Part shown: positions 59,885-64,000 of the stretch, piece by piece
How the letters are laid out: every line of letters begins with the position of its first letter
Position numbering within the stretch: the stretch's first letter is position 1
DNA from: an uncultured Verrucomicrobiae bacterium
Lineage (GTDB): Bacteria > Chlamydiota > Chlamydiia > Chlamydiales > Rhabdochlamydiaceae
Direction of reading: 5' to 3'
Length of the DNA: 64,000 bases
NCBI GenBank assembly: GCA_963806855.1
Contig: CAWDYW010000001.1
Coordinates: 608,001-672,000 of the forward strand
Program-made: the position numbers and the translations under genes
Notes under the pieces: generated by a model
Seen by the model: only the letters and a program-made list of their open reading frames with translations
The model's database searches: none
Told to the model about the DNA's origin: nothing

Positions 59885-60814
59885 CTACAATTTTTCTGAA
59901 GCAATTGCAACTGCATTCCAAATTTTTTTTATTACTTTTCGCTCGGAGGAGGGGAGGTTCTCTAAAATCAGCAGGCAATCTTGGTTCTTGGCAAAGGCGG
60001 CCGCGGTCCAATTGGCTGAGCCGAGCACCAGGGTCTTGCTGTCGATCAGCGCCCATTTGTGGTGAAGCAACTGGCTTCCTCGATTTAGAAGGATCTCAGC
60101 TCCAGCCGCTTGCAATTGCTCCACTGCTTTTCGACTCGCTCCCATTGCCGTATACCGGTCGATTGCAACTGAGACCGTCACGCCCCGTTTTTGAGCCTCT
60201 GCCAATTTGCCGACCAGGCTAGGGTGGGTGAGGGTGAACATCGCCACCTGGATCGATTGCCTCGCGTCCTCAAGACATTTCTCTAGAGCCTTGATCGCTT
60301 CCACATTGGGCAGCAAATAGCAGCCGATCCTCATCGATCCCACAGCAAAGTTCCCTTCCAACTTGGTCGCCAATTCGGGGTGCCATAGTCCTAATATCAA
60401 ATTATCGTGCATTTTGAGCGATTGGGTCGTGAAATTGGCGGTCCCCAGAAGAACTAAAGCCTCATCGATGACCAAGATTTTCCTATGCATCAACCCCCGT
60501 GTTTTGACAGGGTAGGCGGGGAGCTCTTTGGGTAGGGTTCTCTTTTTGTCATGAAAGATCTTCACATCTACTCCCTCTCGATGCTTTTTCTTGAGCAATG
60601 AGAGGATCGCGGGATCGGAAAGTTCATAAATTTGCAGGGAAATGGAGGTGTTTGCATTTTGCAAAGCTTTGATGACGGTCAGTTTGAGGTCGTGGTGGAT
60701 TTGATTGGAATAAAAGCGAACAGGGTGCTCTGGACAGGGGAGTTTGGGATGGAGGGCAATTAGTACAAGCCAGAGATACCCTCCCAGGATCCCACAGAAG
60801 AGCAGTCTCTTCAG
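59885..60814 (-). CDS. Phospholipase D family protein (apparent CTG start overlapping the rpmB stop)
   Basis: Two HKD motifs (MHRKILVID, HHKWALID); the frame is open 50 codons upstream of the track start and includes a hydrophobic anchor. Confidence 0.88.
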   Translation of the reverse strand: MKRLLFCGILGGYLWLVLIALHPKLPCPEHPVRFYSNQIHHDLKLTVIKALQNANTSISLQIYELSDPAILSLLKKKHREGVDVKIFHDKKRTLPKELPAYPVKTRGLMHRKILVIDEALVLLGTANFTTQSLKMHDNLILGLWHPELATKLEGNFAVGSMRIGCYLLPNVEAIKALEKCLEDARQSIQVAMFTLTHPSLVGKLAEAQKRGVTVSVAIDRYTAMGASRKAVEQLQAAGAEILLNRGSQLLHHKWALIDSKTLVLGSANWTAAAFAKNQDCLLILENLPSSERKVIKKIWNAVAIASEKL

Positions 60815-61086
60815 ATTTTTTGCCCTGCGGCACGCATCTGACGGACGACAGCATCCACACCGAGTTTATCGAGTGTGCGCAGCGCTGAAGTACAGAGGCG
60901 CAAGGTGATGAATCGTTTTTCATCAGATAGCCAAATGCGCTTCTTGATCAAATTGGGTTGGAAACGGCGTCTAGTGATACCAGTTGTTTTCAGACCAATC
61001 CCTTTTTTCTTTTTGGCGATTCCGCGAATAGCGTAGGTCTTACCTGGACGGGGCTTTTTTCCTGTAACTTGACATACTTTTGACAT
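60811..61086 (-). CDS. rpmB: 50S ribosomal protein L28
   Basis: MSKVCQVTGK, RRFQPNL. Confidence 0.96.
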   Translation of the reverse strand: MSKVCQVTGKKPRPGKTYAIRGIAKKKKGIGLKTTGITRRRFQPNLIKKRIWLSDEKRFITLRLCTSALRTLDKLGVDAVVRQMRAAGQKI

Positions 61087-61314
61087 AAGAACTCCTTAAA
61101 AATTGACAGTGTAGCAGAAGGATTTTTATTGGACAAGAGAGAATGAACGGATGTGTAAAGTATTTATTTTGATCAAATATTTTTACTCACTACGGACATG
61201 CTAGAGCCCAAAAATTCTGGTTTTGGAAGATGAGGTGACATAAAATATTGCAGTCGATTATGGTATCGAAACACAGTGACATAAACCCAAAGTATCCCAC
61301 TTAAGAGAGGACGA

Positions 61315-61758
61315 ATGGCCATTTATCAGATTTTCGACGAAGTGAAAAAAGAATCCTTTACCGAGACATTTGAAAGTAGCGAACCAATTCAGCAAAAAAA
61401 AGAGGGCAAAAGCCACATCTTTTCTACCTTGGTCACCCGCTTCTGCTTCCTCCTCCTGCTCGCCGCCGATTTCCTATGGGTGGCTTATAATATCCTCGTC
61501 CTCCTGATCGCTCTTTGCGGAGTGGTGCTCACGGGGGGTAAAAATTTATTTTTCAAAAGAATGGTCGCTAAATCTGGGCTTCATTTCCGCCGTTCAGTAA
61601 CTTGTGGACTCGCGCTTTTCATTGGACTTTTCAGCCCTCCTTTTGGTATCATGGTGGCCTGCACCTACTTTCTGATGTACGATAAAGCGGGAATGGATGA
61701 AGTGGTCCCCGCACCATTGCAGGCGCAGTTTAAAGATATATTCAAAGCAGAAAAATAA
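61315..61758 (+). CDS. Hypothetical membrane protein
   Basis: Hydrophobic segments; GAGG RBS. Confidence 0.65.
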   Translation: MAIYQIFDEVKKESFTETFESSEPIQQKKEGKSHIFSTLVTRFCFLLLLAADFLWVAYNILVLLIALCGVVLTGGKNLFFKRMVAKSGLHFRRSVTCGLALFIGLFSPPFGIMVACTYFLMYDKAGMDEVVPAPLQAQFKDIFKAEK

Positions 61759-61931
61759 TAGACCTCTTGCATAACTTAGGGTTCGTCGATTTTCGGGATT
61801 ATTTTGGCCGATTTTCGATTCAAATTCGGGGGGTCATATGCGAGAGGCTGATATTACCCCCCGAATTTGAGTCGAAAATCGGCTCAAAAGAACCCTAAAA
61901 TCGACAGAACCTAAGTTATGCAAGAGGTCTA
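61759..61931. mobile_element. 173-bp long-hairpin MITE with TAGACCTCTTGCA termini
   Basis: TAGACCTCTTGCATAACTTAGG...CCTAAGTTATGCAAGAGGTCTA; about 80-bp imperfect arms. Confidence 0.85.
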
Positions 61932-61933
61932 AT

Positions 61934-62377
61934 ATGTATTCCGGAGCTTTTCGACGTTTTTTCGCCTACCTGATCGACTGTGTCGTGATGGTTGGCAGTT
62001 ATATGTTGATCGGATTCATTTTCGGGTATGCATTCCTTGTTAATCCGCTTCTTGGCCTTCCGATGTTTGGCATTTGGTATTTCAGCGGAATGCTCTGTTT
62101 CGCCTGGCTCTATTATTCGCTATTTGAAAGTTCCAAATGGCAAGCGACGGTTGGCAAGAGGGCTCTCAGCCTCAAAGTGGTCGATCTCGACGGCAATCGC
62201 ATTTCTTTTCTTCGAGCTACCGGCCGTTTTTTTGCTAAGTTTCTCTCCCGCTGCATTATGATGATCGGCTACCTGATGATCTTCTGGACCAAGAAGAAGC
62301 AGGCTCTCCACGACAAAATCGCCTCAACGCTCGTGCTTCATTATGCTCAAGATTCAGCAACATCCTCTGACGAGTGA
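61934..62377 (+). CDS. RDD family membrane protein
   Basis: RRFFAYLID, QATVGKR, KQALHDKIA. Confidence 0.9.
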   Translation: MYSGAFRRFFAYLIDCVVMVGSYMLIGFIFGYAFLVNPLLGLPMFGIWYFSGMLCFAWLYYSLFESSKWQATVGKRALSLKVVDLDGNRISFLRATGRFFAKFLSRCIMMIGYLMIFWTKKKQALHDKIASTLVLHYAQDSATSSDE

Positions 62378-62936
62378 GCTCAAAAAGAGACTCTACGAGG
62401 GCTTCAGCCGCCATTCGATTGCAACTACAGGCCACGATGAAAAACATGACCCCGTTGCCTTTGTGGCGATGGCTGGCGATACATTCGCAGGTTCTGTGGT
62501 TGTCGAAATCTTTTGGGGCGCCCTCCACGTCAAATATGTTTATACCCCGCCCCGACCAAAAGTGTGAATTTGGACCCACGCGAAAGCTCTCGCGGTTTAA
62601 CTGTTTTTCCGAGGGTAGTATCGAATAAATACAACCCTCGGAAAAACAGTTGAACCCCGAGGCTTTGGCGCGGTCCAAATTCACACTTTTGGTCGGGGCG
62701 GGGTATACGTCGAAGAGCCCTTTCGCGGCCAAGGCTTAGCAACTCAGCTGCTTCAGAAGGGATTGTCGTATGGTAAAGAAAATGGATGCCCTTTTGCATT
62801 CGTGGAGACGATGAGCTTTCAGGCACTTGAATTCTACCAAAAATTGGGCTTTGAGCTTGAATTTACACGAACTGGGTATGCCCATGGGACCTCATTCCAT
62901 TATCTGAAAAAGAGCTTGGCTAATTTTTACTCGTAA
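62343..62936 (+). pseudogene. GNAT acetyltransferase interrupted by a MITE
   Basis: Removing 62543-62707 restores KYVYVEEPFRGQGLATQLL...QALEFYQKLGF. Confidence 0.88.
62543..62705. mobile_element. 163-bp palindromic MITE with TA target duplication
   Basis: TACCCCGCCCCGACCAAAAGTGTGAATTTGGACC / GGTCCAAATTCACACTTTTGGTCGGGGCGGGGTA, with TA on both sides. Confidence 0.9.
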
Positions 62937-63124
62937 ATCGCCTGCAAAGTCTTTCGAAGCATTGCATTGGACAAAAAAACGGTTGGAATGATGTAGCGAT
63001 ATGAACGATGAGAATTTTTTCTTTTTTTCATCATTATTATCGTTGTATCGTTCACATCGTTATGCCACTGGAATTTAATTGGTGAGCTAGGTCGTCTACT
63101 TCTCCTAATCAAGGACAGAATCTC

Positions 63125-63331
63125 ATGAGATGTTTAGAATGCGATAATAACAAATTTGAAGTGAGAGATGCTTGCTTTATTCCTGAAATTAAAGGGAGAA
63201 AAGTGGAAGTCATTGTTCCCGCTTATGTATGTACTCAATGCCAAACTCCATTGATGGATGGGACTCAAATGAATGTTTTGCGAAGAGGGGCTGAAGAAAA
63301 ATATGGCAAACTAGTCCCTCAAAATTCTTGA
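63125..63331 (+). CDS. YgiT/MqsA-type zinc finger, no HTH
   Basis: MRCLEC...VPAYVCTQC. Confidence 0.7.
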   Translation: MRCLECDNNKFEVRDACFIPEIKGRKVEVIVPAYVCTQCQTPLMDGTQMNVLRRGAEEKYGKLVPQNS

Positions 63332-63427
63332 GCATCCTCTAAGAGTGACCTCATTATCAGTTACGGTTTGTCTAAAAAACTGAGAATTTAGTATGCTCTG
63401 CCTCCTTTAACCTTGGGAGGATCCACT

Positions 63428-63841
63428 ATGTCACTAGATGCACATTACTCTTCATTAGCCATTGTTCGGCCGAATGCAGCTGTTTTAGCCTTGAGCTACC
63501 TTGGACAGGGATTAAGTAGCTGTGTAGACTCTCTTCAGACAAAATTAGGGCAAAGTTCTGTCCCCGTACGTGCTCTTCAGAGTCGATTAGATCAAGGTTA
63601 TATCCCCCTTGCTACTGAAGTTTATGGGCTTTGTAAACTCACCTTGGGAGTACCCGGCTTAGTGATCGGAGGCATTGCACGGGCAGCTGAAATTCGAAAG
63701 GGCGAAAGATCGGTTGGCTTAACCAGTCCTTCATTTCTTCTTGATATTAGCGGAGCCATTTGTATTGATGGCCTGAAGAATATGCTCACAGTCCCGACTG
63801 CACTCGCTTCGAGCTATGTCGCATACCGCTTTTTCACTTAA
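63428..63841 (+). CDS. Hypothetical protein
   Basis: GGAGG RBS, hydrophobic ORF. Confidence 0.5.
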   Translation: MSLDAHYSSLAIVRPNAAVLALSYLGQGLSSCVDSLQTKLGQSSVPVRALQSRLDQGYIPLATEVYGLCKLTLGVPGLVIGGIARAAEIRKGERSVGLTSPSFLLDISGAICIDGLKNMLTVPTALASSYVAYRFFT

Positions 63842-64000
63842 ACTTTATAAGTGATCAACCCTTTCTCGAGGTTCAGCTTCACGGTTTGTGTTGGCTGGAG
63901 TTCTCCTTTGAGGAGGGCGCTTGAGAGGAGGTTGACCACTTTGTGCTGGATCAGCCGCTTGAGCGGACGGGCTCCAAAAATCGGATCGTACCCTTCTTTT
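63838..64000 (-). CDS. clpB: ClpB chaperone C-terminus (truncated by window end)
   Basis: Translated by hand: [31 protein letters not shown]. Confidence 0.85.
   Translation of the reverse strand, partial: KEGYDPIFGARPLKRLIQHKVVNLLSSALLKGELQPTQTVKLNLEKGLITYKV

Noticed and set aside
62543..62707. Frame-preserving MITE as a translated RPE-type peptide insert
   Set aside because: The frame contains TGA and TAA inside the element.

Overview
A 64-kb chromosomal segment, most likely from an environmental member of the Chlamydiae. The backbone follows chlamydial gene order: CT296-like/rnc/radA; sod-accD-dut-ptsN-ptsN; rnpA-rpmH/rpmJ-rpsN; uvrC-mutS/dnaG; fused glyQS, pgsA, glgA; tRNA-Gln-prs-rplY-pth-rpsF-rpsR-rplI-ispE; map-truA-marC-pld-rpmB; clpB. 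AT-richer accessory genes are inserted between core genes: a YhcG/DUF1016 nuclease flanked by an 85-bp duplicated radA tail, eukaryote-like BTB, MORN and PPR proteins, a tandemly duplicated CPBP protease, and three toxin-antitoxin loci. The best candidate for a new system is a type IV (AbiE) pair whose AbiEi antitoxin is fused to a trypsin-like serine protease with an intact His-Asp-Ser triad, under two AbiE-style operators. Also notable: a reversed HipA-kinase/HipS-HTH pair with three evenly spaced operators; several TA-ended palindromic MITE-like families (one with RPE-like ends, one disrupting a GNAT gene); and three genes directly downstream of ribosomal-protein genes (rnpA, ispE, pld) with no canonical start codon at the expected position. 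Clustered indels in uvrC, mutS, prs and hldD are probably sequencing errors. All assignments come from reading motifs by eye; no searches were run.
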